From: Nannocystis bainbridge
GTDB taxonomy: Bacteria > Myxococcota_A > Polyangia > Nannocystales > Nannocystaceae
NCBI RefSeq assembly: GCF_028368995.1
Contig: NZ_JAQNDL010000005.1
Span: 288,001 to 352,000, forward strand
DNA: 64,000 bases
Direction: 5' to 3'
Shown: positions 28,214 to 37,288 of the stretch, piece by piece
How the letters are laid out: each line of letters begins with the position of its first letter
Position numbering within the stretch: position 1 is the stretch's first letter
Translations under genes and position numbers: made by a program
Notes under the pieces: model-generated
The model's database searches: none
What the model was told of the DNA's origin: nothing
What the model saw: only the letters and a program-made list of their open reading frames with translations

Positions 28214-29662
28214 ATGCAGCAGCCAAGGATCAGCCGTCGGCGTCTGGCCGGCCTCTTCGTGTGGGCCGGCGCGGCCCATGCCCTCCCCGCCTGCGGTCAA
28301 GCCGCCCCTGCCGAGAAGCGCGTGCTCGTGCTCGGAGCGGGTCTCGCCGGCCTCTCTGCGGCCTGGGAGCTACAGCAGCTCGGCTACGAGGTCACCGTGC
28401 TCGAGGGCCGCGACCGCGTCGGCGGCCGCGTGTGGACCTTGCGCGAGGGCCTCGAGCAGGGCCAGTTCGCCGAGATCGGCGCGGTGCGGATCCCCGACGT
28501 GCACGAGCGGACCCTCGAGTACTGCGAGATGCTGGGCCTCGAGCTCGACGAGTACAAGGACGGCGCGCCGCTCTACTACATCGACGGCAAGACCTTCCTG
28601 CACGTCGAGGGCGAGCCGTGGCCGGTCGACGGCCTCACGGACGACGAGAAGGGCCTCGGCCTCGGCGACTACTGGACCCGCGAGATCGCGGCGACCTTCA
28701 CCGAGTTCGGCGACCCGCGCATCAACGGCTTCCCCAAGCCGGGCATCGTCGCAGAGTACGACGGCATGGTCTACGCCGATTTCCTGCGCATGAAGGGCAC
28801 CAGCGAGGCCTACCTCAAGCTCTACGCCGCCGACAACGGCTCCGAGATCAGCACCATCGGCACGCTGGCGTGGATGGGCGCCGAGGTGGCCGACAAGGAC
28901 TGGGGCGCGACCTATCACATCCGCGGCGGCAACGACCAGCTGACCGAGAAGCTCGCTGACGAGGTCGGGCGCGCCAACATCCAGCTCGGCAGCAAGGTCA
29001 CCAAGATCGAGCACGACGACGCCGGCGTGACGGTCACGTTCAGCGGGCCCGACGGCGAGGCCTCGCTGTCTGCCGATTACCTGGTGTGCGCGATCCCCTT
29101 CACCACCCTGCGCGACGTCACCATCGAGCCGGCCTTCTCCGCCGACAAGACGCGGGCGATCAAGGAGCTGTTCCTGATGAACGCCGGCCGCGGCTACATC
29201 CAGACCAAGACTCGCTTCTGGGAGAAGGACGGCATCGGCGGCCTCAAGATCGCCAAGACCGACGGCCCGGCCGAGCGCATCTGGAACCTCAGCGACGTCC
29301 AGCCCGAGGGCACGACGATGGGCGTGATCCAGTCGTACACCCAGAACCACAACGCCGACGCCTACTGCGGCGTCGCCCCGGCCGAGCGCGAGGAGTTCTG
29401 CCTCGCCGAGGTCGAGAAGTTCTTCCCCGACATCCGCGCCGAGAAGGTCGCCTTCTTCCACTACTGCTGGTCCGACGACCCGTGGGCCAAGGGCGCGTGG
29501 ACCGACATCCTGCCCGACCAGTGGTGGATCGTCGCCGCCACCCGCAAGCCCGAGGGCCGCGTCACCTTCGCCGGCGAGCACACCTCGGTGTGGGCCGGCT
29601 GGATGCAGGGCGCGATCGAGTCCGGCCAGCGCGCCGCCGACGAGATCGCGGCGATGGGCTGA
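28214..29662 (+). CDS. Flavin monoamine/L-amino acid oxidase family protein with Tat-lipoprotein-like signal
   Basis: SRRRL..LPAC, GAGLAGL, E.RDRVGGRV.T, FAGEHT...GWMQGA.ESG. Confidence 0.9.
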   Translation: MQQPRISRRRLAGLFVWAGAAHALPACGQAAPAEKRVLVLGAGLAGLSAAWELQQLGYEVTVLEGRDRVGGRVWTLREGLEQGQFAEIGAVRIPDVHERTLEYCEMLGLELDEYKDGAPLYYIDGKTFLHVEGEPWPVDGLTDDEKGLGLGDYWTREIAATFTEFGDPRINGFPKPGIVAEYDGMVYADFLRMKGTSEAYLKLYAADNGSEISTIGTLAWMGAEVADKDWGATYHIRGGNDQLTEKLADEVGRANIQLGSKVTKIEHDDAGVTVTFSGPDGEASLSADYLVCAIPFTTLRDVTIEPAFSADKTRAIKELFLMNAGRGYIQTKTRFWEKDGIGGLKIAKTDGPAERIWNLSDVQPEGTTMGVIQSYTQNHNADAYCGVAPAEREEFCLAEVEKFFPDIRAEKVAFFHYCWSDDPWAKGAWTDILPDQWWIVAATRKPEGRVTFAGEHTSVWAGWMQGAIESGQRAADEIAAMG

Positions 29663-29668
29663 GCTTCG

Positions 29669-29748
29669 GGGCATGTCCTGCAGGACATGCCCTCTCGGAC
29701 ATGCGTGAAGGGACATGCCCGACCGGGCATGTCCCTTTCGTCATGCGC
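29669..29748. repeat. 14-bp-phased palindrome array (6 cores)
   Basis: CATG at 29672, 29686, 29700, 29714, 29728, 29742, starting just after the oxidase stop. Confidence 0.92.
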
Positions 29749-29871
29749 GCGCGGAGCGGACCCCCCGACCGCGACCTCTGCCTGCGCGCGCGGGGCGAAT
29801 GCACGGCCGAGCTCGCCGAGGACGGACAGCCGTCACTCGCGCTGCGCCCGGCAGCCCGACCCTCGCGCTGG

Positions 29872-29932
29872 CCTGCCCACGCGGCGTGCCCTGCCCACGC
29901 GGCTTGCCCTGCCCACGCGGCGTGCCCTGCCC
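29872..29932. repeat. 18-bp tandem repeat (VNTR), about 3.5 copies
   Basis: (CCTGCCCACGCGGCKTGC)n. Confidence 0.85.
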
Positions 29933-30140
29933 CGCGTCCCTGCGCACGCGGCAGTCCGCACCTGCACGCGCGACCGCGCCGTGCGTCGGACTCGCCGTGC
30001 GCGCCGGGTGATTGTCCGCGACGGCGCGAGGGAGCGCCGCCTCCGCGTGCTCGCCTCCCTCACCTCGCCGCGGCGGCGCCGCCGGCTTTCTCGCGTGCCC
30101 GCCGGCGGCAAACGGCCGATCATCGCGGCGCCTCCTCGCC

Positions 30141-31367
30141 ATGACGGCCCCCGCGTCCCCCTCGATCTTCGCCAACCGCGACGTCGCCCTCTACTGGTGC
30201 GTCCGCCTGTGCTCGATGATGGCGTTCCAGATGCTGGCCGTCGCCGTCGGCTGGCAGGTCTACGAGCTGACCGACAGCGCCCTCGCGCTCGGCTACGTCG
30301 GCCTCGCGGGCTTCATGCCGGCGGTGCTGCTGGTGCTCGTCGCGGGCCAGGTCGCCGACAGGTTCGATCGCCGGCGCGTGGTCCAGATCGGTCACGTGCT
30401 CGAGGGCCTGGTGTCGCTGGCGCTGGCGCTCGGCTGCTGGCAGGGCTGGCTCGACGTCACCGGCATCTTCGTCGGCGTGTTCGTGCTCGGGATCGGCAAG
30501 GCGTTCGCCGCCCCGTCGCTGTCGGCCCTGTTGCCCGCGCTGGTGACCCCGGCCGAGCTGCCGCAGGCCGTCAGTGCCACCAGCGCGGCCACGCAATCGG
30601 CGGTGATCCTCGGCCCCGCGCTCGGCGGCTTCCTCTACCTCGCCGGGGCCGGGGCGGTGTACGCCGTCGGCGCCGCGCTGTTCGCCGCCTCGGTCACGCT
30701 GCTCGGCGTCATCCGCCGCCCGCAGGCGCCGGCGATCGCCGTCTCGCCCGACCCCGAGGCCGGCTCGGTGTTCGCCGGCATCCGCTACATCCGCAGCCAG
30801 CCGGTGGTGCTCGGCGCCATCTCGCTCGATCTGTTCGCGGTGCTGCTCGGCGGCGCCACGGCGATCCTGCCGATCATCGCCCGCGACCTCGTGCACACCG
30901 GCCCGATCGGCCTCGGCTTCATGCGCTCGGCCCCGGCCGTCGGCGCGCTGGCGATCTCGTTCTGGCTGGCCCGGCGACCGATCGAGCGCCGCGCCGGCCA
31001 CGTGATGTTCGCCGGCGTGGCGGTGTTCGGCCTGGCGACGATCGTGCTCGGCGTCTCGGAGTCGCTGGCGCTGTCGCTGGTCGCCCTGCTGGTGCTCGGC
31101 GCGGCCGACATGCTGAGCGTGGTCATCCGCTCGTCGCTGGTCCAGCTCGAGACCCCCGACATCTACCGCGGCCGCGTCAACGCCGTGAACTACCTGTTCA
31201 TCGGCGCCTCGAACCAGCTCGGGGAGTTCCGCTCCGGCGTCACCGCGGCGTGGATGGGCCTGGTACCGTCGATCGTGTTCGGCGGGGTCGGCACGCTGGT
31301 GTGCGTGCTGCTGTGGATGAAGTGGTTCCCGGCGCTGGCCCAGCGCGACCGCCTGACGGGCGGCTGA
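30141..31367 (+). CDS. MFS transporter (EntS/MFS_3-like)
   Basis: 12 TM segments, G.VADRFDRRR motif A, LDLFAVLLGG, RGRVNAVN..FIGASNQLGEF. Confidence 0.9.
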   Translation: MTAPASPSIFANRDVALYWCVRLCSMMAFQMLAVAVGWQVYELTDSALALGYVGLAGFMPAVLLVLVAGQVADRFDRRRVVQIGHVLEGLVSLALALGCWQGWLDVTGIFVGVFVLGIGKAFAAPSLSALLPALVTPAELPQAVSATSAATQSAVILGPALGGFLYLAGAGAVYAVGAALFAASVTLLGVIRRPQAPAIAVSPDPEAGSVFAGIRYIRSQPVVLGAISLDLFAVLLGGATAILPIIARDLVHTGPIGLGFMRSAPAVGALAISFWLARRPIERRAGHVMFAGVAVFGLATIVLGVSESLALSLVALLVLGAADMLSVVIRSSLVQLETPDIYRGRVNAVNYLFIGASNQLGEFRSGVTAAWMGLVPSIVFGGVGTLVCVLLWMKWFPALAQRDRLTGG

Positions 31368-31417
31368 GCCGGGTCGATGGGACCGACGAGCCGATTGACC
31401 CCCCCAGCCTGCCCACG

Positions 31418-31729
31418 TTACAGAAGATAGCATCCCATCAGTTGCGTATTAGCCGACACCACCTCGATCCGTCGGTCGAGCCACATTTCATCACAATTAT
31501 GATGAATATTGCATGCTCGACATAATGGAGCGATATATTTGCCTTGCCCGCTACGACGATCGACGATTTGTACATGTGCGCCAACTGTCGCCTCGTTGCT
31601 GCACCCTAATACTGCGCAAGACACTCGTCTCGATCCTGTCGCATTTTTCCAGTGCTGAAGCCAAGAGCCACAGCTACACCTTCGCCAGGAACTTCCGCCG
31701 AGGTTCTTGACCAACAAATTCGAGTTCAT
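31418..31729 (-). CDS. Small Cys/His-rich putative Zn-binding (HNH-like) protein, low GC
   Basis: CSCGSWLQHW, C....C, VGAHV, YIAPLCRACN. Markedly AT-richer than the flanks. Confidence 0.7.
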   Translation of the reverse strand: MNSNLLVKNLGGSSWRRCSCGSWLQHWKNATGSRRVSCAVLGCSNEATVGAHVQIVDRRSGQGKYIAPLCRACNIHHNCDEMWLDRRIEVVSANTQLMGCYLL

Positions 31730-31859
31730 GTTTGGCACAAGTTTGAAGGTTACCTGAGCTCCATTCGCGACCAAACTGTCGCTGAAGAGCAAAATCGCCC
31801 ATCAACACAGTTCCGGGCGCGATAGCGTCGTTCACCCGCTCACCATCGCGCGCGCCGGT

Positions 31860-33203
31860 TCAGCCCGCGAACGCCTTGCCGGCGATCACGCCCAGCGGCG
31901 TCGTCGACCCCGCCGCCCCGCCGCCGACCGACGCCGCTGAGGGGTCGAACGCTCGCAGGCACGTCAGCAGCACGTCGGACATGTTGCCGTCGCTGTACGG
32001 GTACGGCGTCACCTGGTGGTGGATCCCGGGGTACACCAGTTGCCCGCGGCCGTGGCCCGCGAGCACGATCGGCTGGCGGGCGATGGTATGCGAGATGCCC
32101 TCGGCGCAGTCCGAGCTGCAATAGACGATCGACGAGTCGAGCAGGTTGGTGCCGTCGATGTCCTCCCACGCCTTGAACTTGCGCAGCAGGTCGGCGAAGC
32201 GCTCCATGATGTAGACCACGCCGTCGTGGACCAGGTCCTGCGCGCCGGCGTCGTGGGTGTGGAAGTGGTGACCCGCCGTCTGCCCGAGCTCGGCGAACAC
32301 CGTCTCGGCGGCGCCGCCGATGAACATGCAGGTGGCCACGCGGGTGATGTCGCAGGCGAACGCGTAGACCAGCAGGTCGGCCATCACGTCGTTGACGGCG
32401 GTGATCGGCTCGACCCCGTCGACGTCGACGTTGGCCTGGCCCGGCACTCCCGGCAGGCTGCACAGCGGCGCGGCGGCGGTGATCTTCTTCTCGAGCGCGG
32501 CCACGCCATCGAGGTGGGCGTCGAGCCGCTGGTTGTCGTGCTTGCCGAGGCGGCCGCGCAGGCGCGCGACGTCGTCGCGGACCGCGTCGAGGATGCTGGT
32601 CCGCAGCGCGCGGTCGTCGGGCCGCGGCACGAACGCGCCGAACAGCTCGGTCCACACCTCCTGCGGGCTGTAGCGGGGGTACTGCGGCTCGTTCGGGCCC
32701 TTGTGCGACAGCGCGAACATGGTCGTGCCCGAGTCCATGATGCTGACGTGCTTGGAGATCCCGAGGTGCACCGAGGCGATCGGGGTGCGTTCGCCGACGA
32801 CCGCGGCGATGCGCTGGTCGATCGTCGGCCCGCCCGCCTTCGAGAACAGGCCGTCGATCTCGACCATCGTGTGCCCGTTGAAGGCCGTCATGCCCTCGTG
32901 GTGGGTGATGATCTGCTCGCAGCGGTTCTGCAGGCCGGTCAGCACGGTCACGTAGTCGCGCACGTCGGCGAGCGGGGCCAACTGCTCGCTCAGCGGATAA
33001 TCGGGGCCGGTCGCGCTCGGCTCGAAGCGCGGCAGCAGCACGCCGTTGCCGAAGAACCACGTCATGAAGCGAGTCGGCAGCGGCGTGGCGTCGGCGAGCG
33101 CGGTGCCGTGCGCGTCGAGCATGGCCTCGAGCAGCGGCAGGGCGACCACGGCCTGGGCCGCGCCGCGCAGGAAGGTGCGACGAGCGAGGGGACGACGAGT
33201 CAT
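31860..33203 (-). CDS. DUF1552 (HXXSHH) family protein
   Basis: RRTFLRGA...VALPLLEAM, NGV, FACDITRV, HHFHTH, LLDSS. Confidence 0.88.
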   Translation of the reverse strand: MTRRPLARRTFLRGAAQAVVALPLLEAMLDAHGTALADATPLPTRFMTWFFGNGVLLPRFEPSATGPDYPLSEQLAPLADVRDYVTVLTGLQNRCEQIITHHEGMTAFNGHTMVEIDGLFSKAGGPTIDQRIAAVVGERTPIASVHLGISKHVSIMDSGTTMFALSHKGPNEPQYPRYSPQEVWTELFGAFVPRPDDRALRTSILDAVRDDVARLRGRLGKHDNQRLDAHLDGVAALEKKITAAAPLCSLPGVPGQANVDVDGVEPITAVNDVMADLLVYAFACDITRVATCMFIGGAAETVFAELGQTAGHHFHTHDAGAQDLVHDGVVYIMERFADLLRKFKAWEDIDGTNLLDSSIVYCSSDCAEGISHTIARQPIVLAGHGRGQLVYPGIHHQVTPYPYSDGNMSDVLLTCLRAFDPSAASVGGGAAGSTTPLGVIAGKAFAG

Positions 33204-33212
33204 GACGGGCTC

Positions 33213-34910
33213 CTATCGAGGGTCCGCGACCGCGCGGAACAGCGGGCTGGCGACGAGGTCGACGAGCAGGCTCTGGACGCGGTGGCCGCTGGCGACGAAC
33301 CTGTCCTCGAGGACATCCAGCGCGGGCAGCTCGCCGAAGGTCTCGAGGTGGCCGAGGCCGCCGCGCACGAAGTTCTTGATCACGCAGGCCGCAGCCCGCC
33401 GATCGTCGACCAGCAGGGCCGCCAGCTCGCGCGCGCCGGCGAACCGGCCGAGGTCGTCGGTGCTGGCTTCGACGTCGATGGCGAGCCCCTGATCCTCGGT
33501 GCGGAAGCGGCCGAGGGCGTCGTAGTGCTCGAGGGTGAGGCCGAGCGGGTCCATGCCGCGGTGACAGCTGGCGCAGCTCTGGTCGGTCAGGTGCCGCTGC
33601 AGCCGCTGCTTCATGGTCTCCGGCTTATTTGGGTCGGCGGCCGGCAAGTGAGTGTCGACGCCGGGCGGCGGCGGCAAGATGATGTCGCACAGCAGGCGGG
33701 TGCGAATGAACTGACCGCGGCGGGTCGGCGAGGTCAGGCCAGGGTGGGCGAAGCGAGCCAGGAAGCTGGCGTGGCCGAGCAAGCCGGCGCGGCCCTGCGC
33801 CGCCGGCGAGGCGACGCGGTGAAAGCCCGGCCCGTCGGGCGCCGGCAGCCCGTAGAGCCCGGCCAGCGCGGCGTCGACGAAGGTGGTGTCGCTGTCGAAG
33901 AACCGGCGGATGTCGCCGTCCTCCTGCCATACGATCGCGTCGAGCAGATGCAGGGTCTCCTGCGCCATCGACCCGGCCAGCGCGGGCGAGAACTCCGGGA
34001 ACAGGTCGGCGCTCTTGGCCAGGGTCGGCAGGTCGCGCAGCAGCAGCAGCTCGCTGTAAAATTTGGTGAGGGTGGTCCGCGCCTCCGGTTGCTTCAGCAT
34101 CGCCGCGGCCGCGGCCCGCACCTGGGCCTCGGTCTCGAGCTCGCCGGCCTCGGCGGCGGCCAGCAAGGCGGCGTCCGGGGTGCGTCCGAGCAAGAAGAAC
34201 GACATGCGCGCGGCCAGCTCGAGCCCCGTGAGCCGCCGCCGCGCCGGGGCGTCGGAGTCGGGCTCGCCGAGCTCGAACAAATAGATGAAGTGCGGCGATT
34301 GCAGCAGCGCCATCAATTCGTATTCGAGGCCGACAGCGAACGAATCACCCCAGGCGCGGCCGTCCTCGGCGATCTGCACGAGCGCCGCGACCTCGCCGTC
34401 AGTCAGCGGCCGCCGCCAGGCCAGGCGCCCGAAATCGGCCGCCACGGCGGCGTAACAGGGCGAATCGGCGGTGGCATCATGGACGCACGGGACGAAGCTG
34501 GCGAGCCGCTCGCGATCGGCGACGGCGGCCAGAGCGACCGCTCGCGCGGAGGCCTCGCATTGTTCGATGGCGCTCGCCTGTAGCGCCAGCTCCGCCGCGC
34601 CGATGGCGTCGAACCCGTGCAGCGGATAATCCTCGGGGGGCGCAGCCGCGGCCGCCGCCTCGTCGCCGAGCAAGTAGCGGATCGAGCCGACGTATTGATG
34701 GCGCAGGAGGCGTCGCAGGCCGCCAGGGACCGGCGCGAACGAGTCCTCGTCGCCGCCGCCGGTGGTGCCGTCGATGGGCAGGTCGGTGCTCGCGTCGTCC
34801 GCGTCGCCCGGGCCCCTGCCCTCATTCGCCGGACATGCGAACAAGGTGAGACACGATGCGACAGCGATCGTCATCTCTCTTAAAAAATGATGGGTGAGCG
34901 ACCGCGACAT
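33213..34910 (-). CDS. DUF1592/DUF1588/DUF1595 (PSD/PSCyt) cytochrome-like protein
   Basis: LRRL...QY, AWRRPL, LLQSPHFIY, TSPTRRG, CASCH, DPLG..LEHYDA.G.FR. Start may be 34874. Confidence 0.88.
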   Translation of the reverse strand: MSRSLTHHFLREMTIAVASCLTLFACPANEGRGPGDADDASTDLPIDGTTGGGDEDSFAPVPGGLRRLLRHQYVGSIRYLLGDEAAAAAAPPEDYPLHGFDAIGAAELALQASAIEQCEASARAVALAAVADRERLASFVPCVHDATADSPCYAAVAADFGRLAWRRPLTDGEVAALVQIAEDGRAWGDSFAVGLEYELMALLQSPHFIYLFELGEPDSDAPARRRLTGLELAARMSFFLLGRTPDAALLAAAEAGELETEAQVRAAAAAMLKQPEARTTLTKFYSELLLLRDLPTLAKSADLFPEFSPALAGSMAQETLHLLDAIVWQEDGDIRRFFDSDTTFVDAALAGLYGLPAPDGPGFHRVASPAAQGRAGLLGHASFLARFAHPGLTSPTRRGQFIRTRLLCDIILPPPPGVDTHLPAADPNKPETMKQRLQRHLTDQSCASCHRGMDPLGLTLEHYDALGRFRTEDQGLAIDVEASTDDLGRFAGARELAALLVDDRRAAACVIKNFVRGGLGHLETFGELPALDVLEDRFVASGHRVQSLLVDLVASPLFRAVADPR

Positions 34911-35341
34911 CAGCGATTGCTATGAACGAGGTTTGTCGACCACGCGACGCGAACCGTCGACCAGATCACGCCGCCGCCAGCGCGACCCACGAGTGGCCCA
35001 ACCTGCCCCATTGTCGGCCCAAAACCCCTGGCGGCCGCAGCACCGCTGCGAGCGATGCTCGTGTCGATGCAGCCCATCGTCGCTAGCGCAGCGACGCTAC
35101 GCGTCGTTGCCGAGCATGCGGGCCGAACATCGCTCCGCGCTTCGTCGCGTCGCGCGCCCGGGCCGACTGTCGCCGAGACTCGACACGCGGTCGGAGGCGG
35201 ATTTCATCGCGAAGGTTTGCTCCCCCGCGGCGTCCGGGCTCCACTTTTGACCTGCCCACAAGAACAGGTCGACCGACGTGATCGGCTGCCGTCGCCGCTT
35301 CTCCTCGACATGGCTCTCTCGGCGGAGTTAGAGTCCGCGGC

Positions 35342-36286
35342 GTGCAGAGCGGTAGTTCGTCGAGCCAGCGGGACATGCGCGGACGCCTCGTTCACGGTGC
35401 GTTCTCCGCCGGCAGGTCGCTGCTCGCGTCGCGCACGGAGGTGCTCCTGGTGAACGCGTCCCTGCAGGTGCACGGCACGTGGCGGCCTGCCCAGGGCGAC
35501 GCCGTCTGTGCGATTGCGCTGAGCGAGAATGGAGAGCAGGCCGCCATTGCGACGGAGTCGGACCGCGTCGTCGTGTGGTCGACGCAGACGCTGACCGCAC
35601 GCGTGCTGCTCGAGGCGAACAGATCGCCCGAGGAGAAGCTGATGGCGGCGATGCTCGGTCAAGAGATAGACCTGCCCGCGGCGCAGCTCGCGGTGGCGAA
35701 CGATGGCGAGACGGTGGCGCTCGTGCGCGCCGGGGCGGGTGGCGCGTACACGCTGGAGCTGCTCGGACCAGCTCGGGCCAGGGTGGAAGTCGGGTCCATC
35801 GATCCCTGGACGCGCGTGTCGATGCACGAGGAGCTCGTCGTGCTGGGCCGCAGCGCGTACGCACGCGAAGACCTGGCACGGCTGCCCCTCGGCGAAGAGG
35901 TCTTCGCGCGGTCGAACGGCGTAAAGCTGGTCCGAACGAGCGAAGGCGAGATCGCGCTGCGTGCCGCGGACGCCACTACATCGCTCGGCGAATGGGATGA
36001 CGCGGGCTTTGCGTCCCACGAGGTCGTGCTGGTTCGACTTCGCCAGCACAAGGAAAGGGGTCCGCGCTCCCTGGAAGTGCAGCGCTGGCCGCTCGCCCCG
36101 GGCGTGATCGAGACGCGATCGATCCCGTGGGATGCGCCCGACAGGAGCGACCCTTTTGGCGAGCGCGCTCCACTCTGTGATTGCGCGAACCTTCGAGGCG
36201 TCGTCCATGCGGGCGAGGCCCACGCGTGGGTCGACCTGCGGACCGGTGAACGGATCGGCGACGTGGAAGCGCGCGATATGGATTGA
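35342..36286 (+). CDS. Hypothetical protein with beta-propeller-like segments and atypical codon usage
   Basis: IALSENGE, LAVANDGET motifs. Start uncertain. Confidence 0.5.
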   Translation: MQSGSSSSQRDMRGRLVHGAFSAGRSLLASRTEVLLVNASLQVHGTWRPAQGDAVCAIALSENGEQAAIATESDRVVVWSTQTLTARVLLEANRSPEEKLMAAMLGQEIDLPAAQLAVANDGETVALVRAGAGGAYTLELLGPARARVEVGSIDPWTRVSMHEELVVLGRSAYAREDLARLPLGEEVFARSNGVKLVRTSEGEIALRAADATTSLGEWDDAGFASHEVVLVRLRQHKERGPRSLEVQRWPLAPGVIETRSIPWDAPDRSDPFGERAPLCDCANLRGVVHAGEAHAWVDLRTGERIGDVEARDMD

Positions 36287-36367
36287 GCGGGCCTTCGGGG
36301 CGAGGAACGGGCGCCAGGCATGACCCGCGACCACGCGCGCAGCGGCTATACTCGCGGCCGGACTCGC

Positions 36368-37111
36368 ATGGCCATCACCCGTCGCGCGCTCTCCAGCCAG
36401 GCCCTCGCCGTGCTCGCCACCGCCGGCCTGGCGCAGCTGCTGGTCTCGCCCGGCGTGCTCGCGGCGTCGGTGCGGCCGGCGCTCGGCGCCTGGCTGCGCG
36501 AGCTGGCGGAGATGACCCGGGCCCTGCGCGGGCGGCAGCTCGGCGCGCGCGAGTACCAGGGGCTGCTCGATGATCTGTGCGGCCGCGTCGAGCTGTCCGA
36601 CCTCCACGCGGCGATCGACCTCGAGGCCCTGAGGGCCCGCATGGCCGTGCCGGCGACCGGGGCCGGCAGCTGCGAGGTCGATTTTGCGGCCCTGGCCGGC
36701 GCTCCGACGCGTCTCGGCTTCGGCCGGCGGGTGTTCGCCTGCCGCCGCGGCCGCGCGATCGTCCCCCACGGCCACGACGACCTGTGCACCGCCTTCATCG
36801 TGCTCGCGGGGCGCTGGCGCGGCCGCCACTACGACCGGCTCGAGAGCCACGCCGATCACTTCGTGCTCCGCCCGACCATCGACCGCGCGTTCGCCCCCGG
36901 CGATAGCTCGAGCGTGTCCGACCACCGCGACAACGTCCACTGGTTCGAGGCCGAGACCGACGACGCGTTCGTGTTCAACGTGCACGTCGCCTGCGCCGGC
37001 GCCAGCGGCTCGCGGGTCTACCTCGACCCCGAGAGCGAACGCCTGGCGGGCGGGACGATCCGGGCCGCCAGGCTGAGCAAGGCCGCGTGCGTCGCCAAGT
37101 ACGGCGGCTGA
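36368..37111 (+). CDS. Tat-exported cupin (cysteine dioxygenase-like) protein
   Basis: ITRRAL signal, IVPHGH, HYD, NVHWF metal-binding His pattern. Confidence 0.7.
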   Translation: MAITRRALSSQALAVLATAGLAQLLVSPGVLAASVRPALGAWLRELAEMTRALRGRQLGAREYQGLLDDLCGRVELSDLHAAIDLEALRARMAVPATGAGSCEVDFAALAGAPTRLGFGRRVFACRRGRAIVPHGHDDLCTAFIVLAGRWRGRHYDRLESHADHFVLRPTIDRAFAPGDSSSVSDHRDNVHWFEAETDDAFVFNVHVACAGASGSRVYLDPESERLAGGTIRAARLSKAACVAKYGG

Positions 37112-37194
37112 GCGAGAGATACGGCGGTCGAGCGAGGCCGCTTGCGCGCCAAGCACCGCGGCGGAGCGCGGACGAGCATCGGCCCGCATGCGCT

Positions 37195-37288
37195 CGACCT
37201 GCGCGGCTCATTATGTCCGAATGAGCATGTCCGATCGGGCATGCCCCCTCGAACATGCCCTCTTGCGCATGCCCTTCAGGACATGCCC
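37195..37288. repeat. 14-bp-phased palindrome array (7 cores)
   Basis: Cores at 37198, 37212, 37226, 37240, 37254, 37268, 37282. The last overlaps the ankyrin gene 3' end. Confidence 0.92.

Noticed and set aside
29872-29932. 18-bp repeat encoding PAHAAC as a real peptide
   Set aside because: The surrounding frame is a shadow ORF without a credible start, so a non-coding VNTR is more parsimonious.
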